From the IMG/VR virus record IMGVR_UViG_3300031519_004372, positions 32,001 through 96,000 of that record: DNA of 64,000 nt. One strand, given 5' to 3'. The first letter of the stretch is position 1; each line of letters begins with the position of its first letter. Under the pieces are notes generated by a model that did not search any database, was not told where the DNA came from, and worked only from the letters and a program-made list of their open reading frames with translations. Origin of the DNA: a virus. This document shows positions 37,228 through 46,816 of this stretch, in pieces. Both the position numbers and the translations under genes were made by a program.

Positions 37228-38325
37228 ATGTTGGAAGCACTTAAAACACTTTTTGAAAATGATGTAGTTTCAGAAGACATGCGTAAAGAACTAGAAGAAG
37301 CATGGAATGCAAAGATTAAAGAAAATAAACTTGCAGCCACTGCCGAACTCCGTGAAGAATTTGCTCAGAAGTATGAACACGATAAGTCAACTATGGTTGA
37401 AGCTATTGATAGTTTAATTTCTGAGAGATTATCAGAAGAATTAACTGAATTTGCAGACGACCGCAAACAGTTAGCTGAAGCTAAAGCAAAATATGGAGTA
37501 GCAATGCGCCAAAACGCAACGGTACTTAAAGGTTTTGTAATGGAATCACTTAAAAAAGAAGTGACTGAACTACACGAAGAACAAAAAGTTATGGCTAATA
37601 ATTTTTCAAAACTTGAAGAGTTTATAGTTGACGCACTAGCAAACGAAATATCTGAGTTTCACGAAGATAAAAAAGACTTAGCAGAAACTAAGGTAAAACT
37701 TATTAAAAATGCTAAGACGCACTTGAATACAGTTAAAGAAAACTTTGTTCAAAGAAGTGCAAAATTAGTATCTACTACAGTTGATAAAGCCCTACGTGGT
37801 GAAATCACTGCACTTAAAGAAGATATTGATACTGCACGTAAAAACGACTTTGGACGTAAATTGTTTGAAGCATTTGCAAATGAATATCAAGGAAGTTATT
37901 TAAATGAGAAATCAGAAACTTCCAAGCTATTAAATGTTGTTAATGTTAAAGATAAGCAGTTAGCTGAAGCAAAAGCATTTGCTGTTAAAGCAAAGAAAAT
38001 TGTAGAAGCACAAGAAATTGAAAAGAAACAATTGATTGAAACTGCAAAGCGTTCAGAAATTATGCATAGTTTAGTTGCTCCGTTGAGCAACCAACAGCAA
38101 GGTATTATGAAAGACTTACTGGAATCAGTTCAAACTAATAGATTACAATCTCAGTTTGAGAAATATTTGCCAACAGTTATTGACGGCGATGCACCAGAGA
38201 AAGCTAAAAAGGCGAAACTTACAGAAGGCACAGAAATCACAGGCAACAGAGAAACAGTTCAAACTAGTAAATCAGTAGACGAGTCAAACGTAATTGACAT
38301 CAAACGTCTTGCTGGAATTAAATAA
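37228..38325 (+). CDS. gp22: Prohead scaffolding protein
   Basis: Coiled-coil-rich 365 aa protein between gp21 and gp23; SD AAGGAG. Confidence 0.85.
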   Translation: MLEALKTLFENDVVSEDMRKELEEAWNAKIKENKLAATAELREEFAQKYEHDKSTMVEAIDSLISERLSEELTEFADDRKQLAEAKAKYGVAMRQNATVLKGFVMESLKKEVTELHEEQKVMANNFSKLEEFIVDALANEISEFHEDKKDLAETKVKLIKNAKTHLNTVKENFVQRSAKLVSTTVDKALRGEITALKEDIDTARKNDFGRKLFEAFANEYQGSYLNEKSETSKLLNVVNVKDKQLAEAKAFAVKAKKIVEAQEIEKKQLIETAKRSEIMHSLVAPLSNQQQGIMKDLLESVQTNRLQSQFEKYLPTVIDGDAPEKAKKAKLTEGTEITGNRETVQTSKSVDESNVIDIKRLAGIK

Positions 38326-38335
38326 GGAGATAATT

Positions 38336-39505
38336 ATGTCAGAACTACTAGAAAGTCGCTGGCAGGAAACCAAAAGTGCATTACTTGAAGGCCTTAACGG
38401 CACAAAGAAAGCAGTTATGGCAAGTACACTCGAGAATACTCGCAAGTACTTGGCAGAAACAGCAGGCACTGGTGCAACTTCCGCCGGTAATATCGCAACA
38501 CTTAACCGTGTTATTCTTCCAGTCATCAGACGTGTGATGCCAACCGTTATAGCTAACGAATTGGTAGGCGTACAACCTATGACAGGTCCCGTGGGTCAGA
38601 TCCACACACTTCGCGTTCGTTATGCGGAAACAAACGACAACGCCATTGCAGGCGCTGAGGCATTAAGCCCGTTCAACATTGCAACTGCTTATTCCGGTAC
38701 TGGAACAGATCCAGCTGGTGTAGCAGACTCAACAGCTTCTTTAGAAGGTTCAGCTGGACGTAAAATGTCCATCCAAATCATGAAGCAAACTGTTGAAGCT
38801 AAGTCACGTAAGCTATCAGCTCGCTGGACTTTTGAAGCGGCACAAGATGCACAATCAATGCACGGTATTGATGTTGAAGCAGAAATTATGGCTGCTTTGG
38901 CTCAAGAAATTACTGCTGAAATTGATCAGGAAGTTCTAAACAGCCTAGTTACACTTAGTGGAACAGCTGCACAAACTTATGATCAAGCTGCAGTATCCGG
39001 TACAGCTACTTTTGTTGGTGATGAGCATGCAGCTCTTGCAGTTCAAATCAACAGAGTATCAAACTTGATTGCTCAACGTACACGTAGAGGCGCAGGTAAC
39101 TGGGCTGTTGTTAGTCCTTTTGCACTAACAATCCTACAAAGTGCTACTACTTCAGCATTTGCTCGTACTACTGAAGGTACTTTTGAAGCACCAACTAACA
39201 CTAAGATGGTTGGAACTTTGAACAGTGCTATGAAAGTATATGTTAACACATATGCTGCTGATAACGCACCTGTGCTTATTGGTTACAAAGGTACTAGTGA
39301 ATCAGATGCAGCTGCATTTTACTGCCCATACATTCCATTGATGAGCAGTGGTGTAGTGTTAGATCCAAGTTCATTCGAGCCAGTCGTATCATTTATGACA
39401 CGTTATGGTTACGTTGAATTGTCTAACTCAGCATCGTCACTTGGTAACGCAGCAGATTACTTAGGTAACGTTGCAATTACTTCAGGTAACGTTAGCTTTA
39501 GCTAA
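38336..39505 (+). CDS. gp23: Major capsid protein
   Basis: VGVQPMTGPVGQIHTLR, VEAKSRKLSARWTFEAAQD, EIDQE, FYCPYIPL, SFMTRYG; start at ATG 38336 after AAGGAG (MSELLESRW). Confidence 0.97.
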   Translation: MSELLESRWQETKSALLEGLNGTKKAVMASTLENTRKYLAETAGTGATSAGNIATLNRVILPVIRRVMPTVIANELVGVQPMTGPVGQIHTLRVRYAETNDNAIAGAEALSPFNIATAYSGTGTDPAGVADSTASLEGSAGRKMSIQIMKQTVEAKSRKLSARWTFEAAQDAQSMHGIDVEAEIMAALAQEITAEIDQEVLNSLVTLSGTAAQTYDQAAVSGTATFVGDEHAALAVQINRVSNLIAQRTRRGAGNWAVVSPFALTILQSATTSAFARTTEGTFEAPTNTKMVGTLNSAMKVYVNTYAADNAPVLIGYKGTSESDAAAFYCPYIPLMSSGVVLDPSSFEPVVSFMTRYGYVELSNSASSLGNAADYLGNVAITSGNVSFS

Positions 39506-39527
39506 TAGATACTTTTTATAAGTAACG

Positions 39528-39554
39528 AAAATAGGCCCTCCGGGGCCTATTTTT
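39528..39554 (+). terminator. Rho-independent terminator after gp23
   Basis: AAAATAGGCCC-TCCG-GGGCCTATTTTT. Confidence 0.85.
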
Positions 39555-39590
39555 ATGACTATATATTTTCATAACGTTTTGTCTAAGTAG

Positions 39591-39597
39591 ATAAATA
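39591..39597 (+). promoter_or_regulatory. Late promoter
   Basis: ATAAATA after the gp23 terminator. Confidence 0.7.
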
Positions 39598-39669
39598 CTT
39601 ATGTCACTAGACTTATGCGGGACATGCCGCGTAGTCCTTAGAACGGCACATAAAAACAAGGAGAAAATT

Positions 39670-40029
39670 ATGGGACGCCCAATTAATAAAAGATACTTCG
39701 GTGAAGTAGGAAATAACACTCAACCAACAATTGCAATTAGATACCACGACGGTACAGCTACTCGCGAAGGTTGGATTTTAACACAACGTGGAACAAATAA
39801 GTTTAACTGCGATAGTACAGCAGGAACAGCTACAATTTGCAGACTTGTAAATGAAACTGCACCAAACGCTGAAGGAGAAGCTTCATTAGTAGCACTTACT
39901 CCAGGCGGTGCTGCAACTATTCTTAAAAAGATGTTTAACAGAACAGCAATTGACTGGGACGGTAATCGTTACTCGTGGGCAGTTGAAGATGATTCAACAC
40001 AATCATTAATTAGAATAACAGCTATCTAA
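39670..40029 (+). CDS. Hypothetical virion-associated protein (possibly head decoration)
   Basis: MGRPINKRYFG...; SD AAGGAG before ATG 39670; late promoter at 39591. Confidence 0.75.
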   Translation: MGRPINKRYFGEVGNNTQPTIAIRYHDGTATREGWILTQRGTNKFNCDSTAGTATICRLVNETAPNAEGEASLVALTPGGAATILKKMFNRTAIDWDGNRYSWAVEDDSTQSLIRITAI

Positions 40030-40033
40030 ATTA

Positions 40034-40057
40034 AATAGGGGGAGAAATTCCCCTATT
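40034..40057 (+). terminator. GNRA-capped hairpin, probable terminator
   Basis: AATAGGGGGA-GAAA-TTCCCCTATT. Confidence 0.6.
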
Positions 40058-40072
40058 AACTAGGGATTAAGA

Positions 40073-41095
40073 ATGTCAAAGTATTTAAGAATTGGTAATG
40101 GTGATTATAACATTTCAGTAAAAGAAGGTGGAGAGATCACCTTAGACACAACTGACGGTGCATTAAACGGCACTGGAAAAGTTATAATTACAGGAGATTT
40201 AGAAGTTAAAGGAGATACTTCAACAATAAATTCTACTGTAGTAACTGTTGCTGATAATATTATTGTTCTTTCTAAGGATAATATCGCAGCAGGAATTCCT
40301 GCCGCTCTTAATTACCGAAGTGGTATTGAAATTGAAAGAGGCTCAGTAAGTAATGCATTCATGATATATGATGAACAGCTTGCTTGGACACTTGGAGGAA
40401 CATCAGGAACAGGTACTTGGACTTTTGAACAAGGTACAACAACTGTTCCTATTAAAGCAACAGGAATGTTTTCTGATGCTAACTTATATTTAAATCCCGG
40501 AACCGGCGTATTATCAGTAACAAATACAACTAATTATGAACAACGAGTGTTTACGTATTCTGGAAGTGTAGTAACTGATGGCGGAAGCGGAGTTGTTATT
40601 GATGACGATATTATTCCAAATACAAAAGCATTAGTAGATTATGTAGTTTATGCATTATCAACAGGATCAGTTCCAGCAAGATTGCAAGAATCTGATACTT
40701 CGGTTGAAGCACATGACTTTAGTGTAACCGGGACTGAAAGTAATATACAACTTGATATTAACGGTGTTGCAACTGCTAACTTATTTGCTAATAGATTTGA
40801 AGTATTTGATTTAAAACTTCAAGATAATGAAATTTCAACTACATCAAGTAATGTTGATTTAATATTAGGATCACCAGGAACTGGTTCGGTAAAAATAAAA
40901 GATACACTAGAATTGACAGAAACGCCAGGCGAAGACGATGTTGCAACAGATCCAACAGCACCAGGTGAAGGTATAAAACTTTATTCTAAGACAATGTCTA
41001 ATGGCGGAACTGGATTGTTTTTCATTAATAAAAGCAATAGGCAAGATGAATTAATAAGTAAAAGAAAAGCATTAGTCTTTAGTATGGTATTCTAA
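40073..41095 (+). CDS. Virion structural/fibre-like protein
   Basis: 340 aa beta-rich Thr/Gly/Asn composition; GIEIERG motif; in the appendage cluster. Confidence 0.65.
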   Translation: MSKYLRIGNGDYNISVKEGGEITLDTTDGALNGTGKVIITGDLEVKGDTSTINSTVVTVADNIIVLSKDNIAAGIPAALNYRSGIEIERGSVSNAFMIYDEQLAWTLGGTSGTGTWTFEQGTTTVPIKATGMFSDANLYLNPGTGVLSVTNTTNYEQRVFTYSGSVVTDGGSGVVIDDDIIPNTKALVDYVVYALSTGSVPARLQESDTSVEAHDFSVTGTESNIQLDINGVATANLFANRFEVFDLKLQDNEISTTSSNVDLILGSPGTGSVKIKDTLELTETPGEDDVATDPTAPGEGIKLYSKTMSNGGTGLFFINKSNRQDELISKRKALVFSMVF

Positions 41096-41107
41096 AAGGA
41101 AATAAAA

Positions 41108-41464
41108 ATGGCGATTACAAATAATCAATTAACACTAACACAGCTAGATGCACTCACAGTTCCGGCTAGCAAACAATATGCAATTACAAATATATTAGTT
41201 TGTAATACATATAGCCCAGTTGGAGGCAGTGCGTCAACTCGCGGTGCAAAGTTTACAATGCATTTAATTCCGTCAGGCGATCCTTTAGCTAACGCAGTAA
41301 CTACAGTTGTTAAAGAATTAGAATTGCCTGCAGGAGAAACATTTACGTTTGACTCTGAAAGAATTATTTTAGAAGCTGGCGACAAGATTAGTTTTATAGC
41401 TTCTCCTGATTTAGGTGGTGGCCTTACAGACTTAGCAAGTACTATAAGCTACATGGAAGTTTAA
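41108..41464 (+). CDS. Small beta-rich virion protein (paralog family A)
   Basis: 118 aa; YAITNILVCN...LPAGETFTFDSERIILEAGDKI; similar in layout to 46478 and 56837. Confidence 0.65.
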   Translation: MAITNNQLTLTQLDALTVPASKQYAITNILVCNTYSPVGGSASTRGAKFTMHLIPSGDPLANAVTTVVKELELPAGETFTFDSERIILEAGDKISFIASPDLGGGLTDLASTISYMEV

Positions 41465-41465
41465 G

Positions 41466-42137
41466 ATGCGGTTATTAAAAGGACAAAATACTAACTCACG
41501 TAACATATACGGTAGAGGTTTACAGGTTGATACATTAGATCAATTAATTGCCGACAGCACTAATTCATTACGTGTTCCGTATGGTACAACATCACAGCGT
41601 CCAACAACACCCACAAACGGCCAACTTAGGTATAATTCTACATCAAATAAATTTGAAGGTTACGAAAATTCAGCTTGGAGAGTATTAAGATATGCTGAAC
41701 CGTTTCCTGCAGGAATTACTCAACAAAGTTTAGGCAATGGAGATGCTACGGCTGTAGTATTTGGTCCATTAGCATCAGGAGATGTTAATGCGCCGGCGCC
41801 AGCAGCAGCACAAAATGTATTAGTGCTTGTTGAAAACGTATTTCAATTAGCAACTACAAACTATACTCTAGCACAAAATCCAGCAGCAGCAGTAGGCAGC
41901 GGATCTGAAGTTACAGCAGGATCTTTTTCTATTGGTGTAGAATATAAAATTGTTGTCCCCGGCAATACAGACTTTACATTAATTGGTTCTGCAGATAGCA
42001 CAGCAAATACCGTCTTTACAGCAACTGGTGTAGGTACAGGCACAGGCACTGCAAGGATAACAGGTTATTACTTGGTATTTACAGGTGCACCAGATGCAGG
42101 TAAACCAGTAACAGCCTTACATAACTTCGACAAGTAA
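41466..42137 (+). CDS. Short fibre-like virion protein
   Basis: PYGTTSQRPTTPTNGQLRYNSTSNKFEGY fibre knob motif. Confidence 0.65.
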   Translation: MRLLKGQNTNSRNIYGRGLQVDTLDQLIADSTNSLRVPYGTTSQRPTTPTNGQLRYNSTSNKFEGYENSAWRVLRYAEPFPAGITQQSLGNGDATAVVFGPLASGDVNAPAPAAAQNVLVLVENVFQLATTNYTLAQNPAAAVGSGSEVTAGSFSIGVEYKIVVPGNTDFTLIGSADSTANTVFTATGVGTGTGTARITGYYLVFTGAPDAGKPVTALHNFDK

Positions 42138-42140
42138 ACC

Positions 42141-42148
42141 TATAAATA
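42141..42148 (+). promoter_or_regulatory. T4-type late promoter
   Basis: TATAAATA 20 nt upstream of ATG 42169. Confidence 0.8.
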
Positions 42149-42168
42149 CTGTATAGGAGATACAGTAT

Positions 42169-44862
42169 ATGAGTTTAGGTAGAATTTCAGGTCCATTACT
42201 ACAAGAAAACCTAGTCCGAAACGGAGTTGATTTAAACTTCCGTAACCAATCGGCTGACACTCCTCTTTTATTCTTTGATGTAGCTAACAATCGATTAGGT
42301 GTTAATAAAGATGCACCTGGAACTGATTTAGACCTCATTGATAGTACACTAAGGACAACAGGCTTACTTGCTCCTACTACAAATCAATCTATTGCAAATT
42401 ATACATTATCTGGATCAAATCTAAATGTATCAACTGGTGACATTAACTTTAATGCTGCAGAAGCTATAGTTGCATCAACTATAGAAACAGATAATATTAG
42501 AATTACTGATAATACTATCTCAACGTTTAATAGTAATGCTAGTTTTGATTTAACACCAAACGGTACAGGAATAGTTGATGTATTATCAGATATGAAAGTA
42601 TTTGGAAACTTAGATACGCCTTCTACTATAACAATGGGCGGAAGTATTACTATTGGAGATAACTCTTCAGATACTATTGATTTTAATACTGATATGACTA
42701 GTGACTTAACACCAGATGTTACTGATACTTCTAATTTAGGATCAGCTAATAATAAATGGGATAATATATATTCATTTAGATTAAATGGTGCATCGTTAGA
42801 AATTCCTAACATACGAGTTGACACTAATACAATATCAACACTAACATCTAATTCTAATTTAGACCTTATAGGTAACGCTAGTGGAAATGTAAAACTTGAA
42901 GACTTGGAATTTGCAACTAACGTAATATCTACATCTACAGGAAATGATCTTACATTAACTGTTCCTCCAATGCAGTGGGCTGCTACATTAACCAAAACAT
43001 TATATCCCGTAAACACAGCGGCTTATGTCAGGCTAGGAATGACCCTAGCTGCGTCAGGAAATTATACTATAGTTTGGGATGGACAAATTGCCACTTGGGT
43101 TATTTATAATATTATTACTGGAGCAATTGTTACTAATATCAATCAAAGAGGATATAGCGTATCTATGGATAGCAATTACCTTATTATTGGTGACCAGACT
43201 TACGATGATGGTGTTAATAATGATTCAGGTAGAGCATATATCTATAAAACAACAACAGGAGATTGGTCAGATATAACTTTACTACATACATTAGATAACC
43301 CAAATGCCTATGATACAAGTGTATATGATAACTTTGGTTACTCAGTTGATATAGACGGTAACTCGGCTATTGTTAGTGCTCTATATGAAGATGATGCAGG
43401 TGGTAGTGCATCAGGTAAAGCATATATCTTTAATGTAACCACAGGTGCTCTATTACATACACTAGATAATCCAACTGCATATGGCACTAGTTACAATGAT
43501 AGATTTGGTAACTCAGTTGCTATATCTGGTAACTCGGCTATAGTTGGCGCTTCATATGAATATGATAGCCCAACTTTATTTCGTTCAGGTAAAGCATATA
43601 TCTTTAATGTAACCTCAGGGGCATTATTACACACACTAGATAATCCAAATGCATATGGTACAAGTGCAGGTGATTATTTTGGTCAGCGAGTAGCAATAAG
43701 CGGTAACTCGGCTATTGTTAGTTCTTGGCAAGAAGATGATGCCGGTGGATTTACTTCAGGTAAAGCATACATATTCAATGTAACCTCAGGTGCTCTAGTA
43801 CATACACTAGATAACCCAAATGCATATGGCACTAGTTACAATGACCAGTTTGGTGGTTCGGTTGCTATATCTGGTAACTATGCAATTGTCGGCGCGGGTC
43901 TCGAAGATGATGCCGGTGGTACTAATTCAGGTAAAGCATATATCTTTGATGTCACAACTGGCGGACTACTAACAACAATTAATAACCCTAATGATCCAGA
44001 AGGAAATCCTGGTGGTACAAGTGCTAGTGATTTTTTTAGTGGTTACCAAACAAATGGTGTTGCAATATCAGACAACTATATTATTGCTAGTTCACCTTAT
44101 GAAGATAGACGAAATGTTGATGGATCTATAAGCCAAGACGCAGCAGGTGTTGTATACGTTTTTGAATTATCTAATTCGCATAACACTATAATTTCGACAA
44201 CTTCTGCTCTAAAGTTACCAAGTGGTACAACTGTACAGCGTCCTAATGTTAACTTAGGAGTAAGATTTAATACAACAACTTCAAGATTTGAAGGTTACTA
44301 TAACGGAAATACTATACTTGGCGGAGTTTATTCAAGTAATGAATTAACAAATATAGTAGCACATCCTACTAACGATACTGTGCCGCTTACAGTAAACAAT
44401 ACAGTAATAGGAACAGTTACAGCCACAGGAATAACAGTACATGGCCTACAAGTAGATAATATTAATGTTGATGGTAGTATTATTAGTACAGCAACAGATA
44501 CTGATTTAATATTAGCACCAGCTGGAAATGTATCAAATAAATCAGTAAAAATTGACAATTTATTCATAGGCGAAACTGTTGGTACACAACAAATTAAAAG
44601 TGACAATAACATAATAGAATTTGCTGTAACAGGTCAAGGTTCAACAAAGATTCCTAGCTCTTATGCCGTTACAATTCCAACAGGCACAACCGCAAACCGT
44701 CCAGCATCTCCTCAACTTGGAGATACTCGCTGGAACGGAGTACTAGAGCAAATGGAAACGTATAACGGAAGTAGTTATATTAGTTCTGCAGGAACTGGTG
44801 GCGTTATTTCTAGAGCAGATTATGATGATCTTTTACTTCAATATACAATACTTCTTGGATAA
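42169..44862 (+). CDS. Fibre-like virion protein with an inserted FG-GAP beta-propeller
   Basis: N-term MSLGRISGPLL paralogous to 44999; FG-GAP repeats (FGxSVAISGNxAIVG...SGKAYIF) at ~42961-44180; two GTTxQRP-type motifs. Confidence 0.8.
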   Translation: MSLGRISGPLLQENLVRNGVDLNFRNQSADTPLLFFDVANNRLGVNKDAPGTDLDLIDSTLRTTGLLAPTTNQSIANYTLSGSNLNVSTGDINFNAAEAIVASTIETDNIRITDNTISTFNSNASFDLTPNGTGIVDVLSDMKVFGNLDTPSTITMGGSITIGDNSSDTIDFNTDMTSDLTPDVTDTSNLGSANNKWDNIYSFRLNGASLEIPNIRVDTNTISTLTSNSNLDLIGNASGNVKLEDLEFATNVISTSTGNDLTLTVPPMQWAATLTKTLYPVNTAAYVRLGMTLAASGNYTIVWDGQIATWVIYNIITGAIVTNINQRGYSVSMDSNYLIIGDQTYDDGVNNDSGRAYIYKTTTGDWSDITLLHTLDNPNAYDTSVYDNFGYSVDIDGNSAIVSALYEDDAGGSASGKAYIFNVTTGALLHTLDNPTAYGTSYNDRFGNSVAISGNSAIVGASYEYDSPTLFRSGKAYIFNVTSGALLHTLDNPNAYGTSAGDYFGQRVAISGNSAIVSSWQEDDAGGFTSGKAYIFNVTSGALVHTLDNPNAYGTSYNDQFGGSVAISGNYAIVGAGLEDDAGGTNSGKAYIFDVTTGGLLTTINNPNDPEGNPGGTSASDFFSGYQTNGVAISDNYIIASSPYEDRRNVDGSISQDAAGVVYVFELSNSHNTIISTTSALKLPSGTTVQRPNVNLGVRFNTTTSRFEGYYNGNTILGGVYSSNELTNIVAHPTNDTVPLTVNNTVIGTVTATGITVHGLQVDNINVDGSIISTATDTDLILAPAGNVSNKSVKIDNLFIGETVGTQQIKSDNNIIEFAVTGQGSTKIPSSYAVTIPTGTTANRPASPQLGDTRWNGVLEQMETYNGSSYISSAGTGGVISRADYDDLLLQYTILLG
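43280..43960 (+). repeat. Tandem 171-174 nt repeats encoding FG-GAP blades
   Basis: TCAGGTAAAGCATA at 43411, 43585, 43756, 43927 (spacings 174, 171, 171). Confidence 0.9.
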
Positions 44863-44877
44863 TAATATTTAAAAACG

Positions 44878-44884
44878 ATAAATA
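44878..44884 (+). promoter_or_regulatory. Late promoter
   Basis: ATAAATA at the start of the 136-nt intergenic gap. Confidence 0.65.
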
Positions 44885-44998
44885 TTAATAGTAAGACATG
44901 ACCAGTGTTTTATTAACAAACTGTGGTTAGCCAGCAAAGAACCGTAAGGGTGAAAATTTAGGCTAGAGGGACAGGATCCCCGTATTGAGGAAAAAAAG

Positions 44999-46471
44999 AT
45001 GGCTGTTGGTCGCATATCCGGTCCGCTTTTGAAGTCAAATTTAGTCCGTAATGGAATTGATTTAGCTTTTGAAACGAACCTATTATATCTAGATGTAAAC
45101 AATTCACGTCTTGGCGTTAAAACAAGTTCACCTCAATATGAGTTAGATGTAAACGGAACTACAAAAACAACCAATTTAGTTGCAACTACTGCAACACTTT
45201 CAGATATATCTTTTGCTAATAATACTATTAGCACAAATAATCCTTATCTAAATTTAGGCACACTAGACAATGTTGTATACCAAAACAAATTAAGAATTGA
45301 TTCAATTGACATTGAAGGTAATACAATTACAACAAATGCTTCTAATGCAAACTTAGAATTAAGAGCAAATGGAACTGGTGCTGTTAATATACATTCAAAT
45401 TTAAATGTTGACGGAAGTGTACACGTAACTGGAAATATTACAGCAGACGGTAACATTACACTTGGCGACGACGATACAGATTCAATTACAATTAATGCAG
45501 AGATTGCAAGTGATTTAGTACCCGATGTTACTAATACATATAATTTAGGAACAGTAGCTAAAAGATGGAATAATTCTTGGATTAATGATGTAGTTACTAC
45601 TGAAGCTAATATTGGTGATGTACAGATCCGTGATAACTTTATAACTTCGTCAGCATCAAATGCAAACTTAGAATTAAGAGCAAACGGCGCTGGATCAATT
45701 GTAATTGAAGACATTAGTATTAACGGAAGTACAATAAGTTCTGCAAGTAATTTAACTCTTACTCCGGCTGCTGGATCAAACGTAGTAATAGATTCAACAG
45801 GAGCAGTTAAATTACCATCAGGTACAACTGCACAACGACCTACTCCTGTAGCTGGTTATACAAGATACAATAACGAATTAAATGTATTTGAAGGGTATAA
45901 TGGAGCAAACTGGCTTGTTTTAAACGGAGTGCAAGATTTAGATGGTAACACTAATGTTACTGCTGAACTGACACCCGGAGCAAATGATGATATTATAAGA
46001 TTTAATGTTGCTGGAGCAACTATTGTAGACATTAATAGTACAAGATTAAATGCACCGCAAGTAACAGTTGACAATATTACAATAGACGGAAACACAATTA
46101 GTTCGGCAACAGATACAAACGTATCAATAGTTCCAGGCGGTACAGGAAAAACACTTTTTAATAATACAATTAGTATTAAAGATAATATTATAACAAACGA
46201 AGTTAACAATAGTGTAACACAATTTAATACAACCGGAACTGGTTATGTAAAGTTTTCAGGAACAGCAGGATTTGTTATTCCACACGGAACTTCATTACAA
46301 AGACCTGCTTTTGTAAACAGTGAAACAGGAATGATGAGACTTAACACAGCAGATAATCGTGTTGAAATATTTGACGGAACAAGTTGGGTGTCAGTAGCAG
46401 GTTCTGCTTCAGGTATAACTACAGCAGACGCAGAATCAATTGCACTAGAATTAGTGTTAAGTTTAGGATAG
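44999..46471 (+). CDS. Fibre-like virion protein, paralog of 42169 without the propeller
   Basis: MAVGRISGPLLKSNLVRNG; repeated ASNANLELRANG; GTTAQRP and GTSLQRP knob motifs. Confidence 0.8.
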   Translation: MAVGRISGPLLKSNLVRNGIDLAFETNLLYLDVNNSRLGVKTSSPQYELDVNGTTKTTNLVATTATLSDISFANNTISTNNPYLNLGTLDNVVYQNKLRIDSIDIEGNTITTNASNANLELRANGTGAVNIHSNLNVDGSVHVTGNITADGNITLGDDDTDSITINAEIASDLVPDVTNTYNLGTVAKRWNNSWINDVVTTEANIGDVQIRDNFITSSASNANLELRANGAGSIVIEDISINGSTISSASNLTLTPAAGSNVVIDSTGAVKLPSGTTAQRPTPVAGYTRYNNELNVFEGYNGANWLVLNGVQDLDGNTNVTAELTPGANDDIIRFNVAGATIVDINSTRLNAPQVTVDNITIDGNTISSATDTNVSIVPGGTGKTLFNNTISIKDNIITNEVNNSVTQFNTTGTGYVKFSGTAGFVIPHGTSLQRPAFVNSETGMMRLNTADNRVEIFDGTSWVSVAGSASGITTADAESIALELVLSLG

Positions 46472-46477
46472 GATACG

Positions 46478-46807
46478 ATGGCAACATTTTTTAGAAGTAA
46501 AGTATTAAAAGACGTAGGTGTACTACAAGTACCTGGAATTACAACAGATGCATCAACTCGTGCAACAATTATTGGAATTAGTATGACTAACCTTACTCAA
46601 TCTAATATCTTTGTTAGTGTATTAATACATGACGATACTAGTGTTGATGGATATTATTTAAAAGATGTTATGATTCCACCCAACTCAAGTTTAAAGCCAT
46701 TAGGCCCAGCAGAAAAAATAATCTTAGCACCAACTAACGTTATTTCGTTTAAATCAAACGAAACTGATAGTATGGATGTTATAATCAGTTATGTAGATAT
46801 TGTATAA
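46478..46807 (+). CDS. Small beta-rich virion protein (paralog family A)
   Basis: 109 aa; ATIIGISMTN...IPPNSSL...KIILAPTNVI. Confidence 0.65.
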   Translation: MATFFRSKVLKDVGVLQVPGITTDASTRATIIGISMTNLTQSNIFVSVLIHDDTSVDGYYLKDVMIPPNSSLKPLGPAEKIILAPTNVISFKSNETDSMDVIISYVDIV

Positions 46808-46816
46808 GGAATAGTT

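Noticed and set aside
38294-38335. N-terminal extension of the capsid ORF given in the track
   Set aside because: Overlaps the gp22 end; the AAGGAG SD points to ATG 38336.
43280-43960. CRISPR array or DGR template/variable repeat
   Set aside because: The repeats are in-frame coding blades of 171-174 nt with no spacer structure; no RT or separate non-coding template in the window.
44920-44985. Pistol ribozyme or c-di-GMP riboswitch match for the 44.9-kb leader
   Set aside because: Only superficial GUGGUUAG similarity; the conserved UAAAU core and GEMM motifs are missing.
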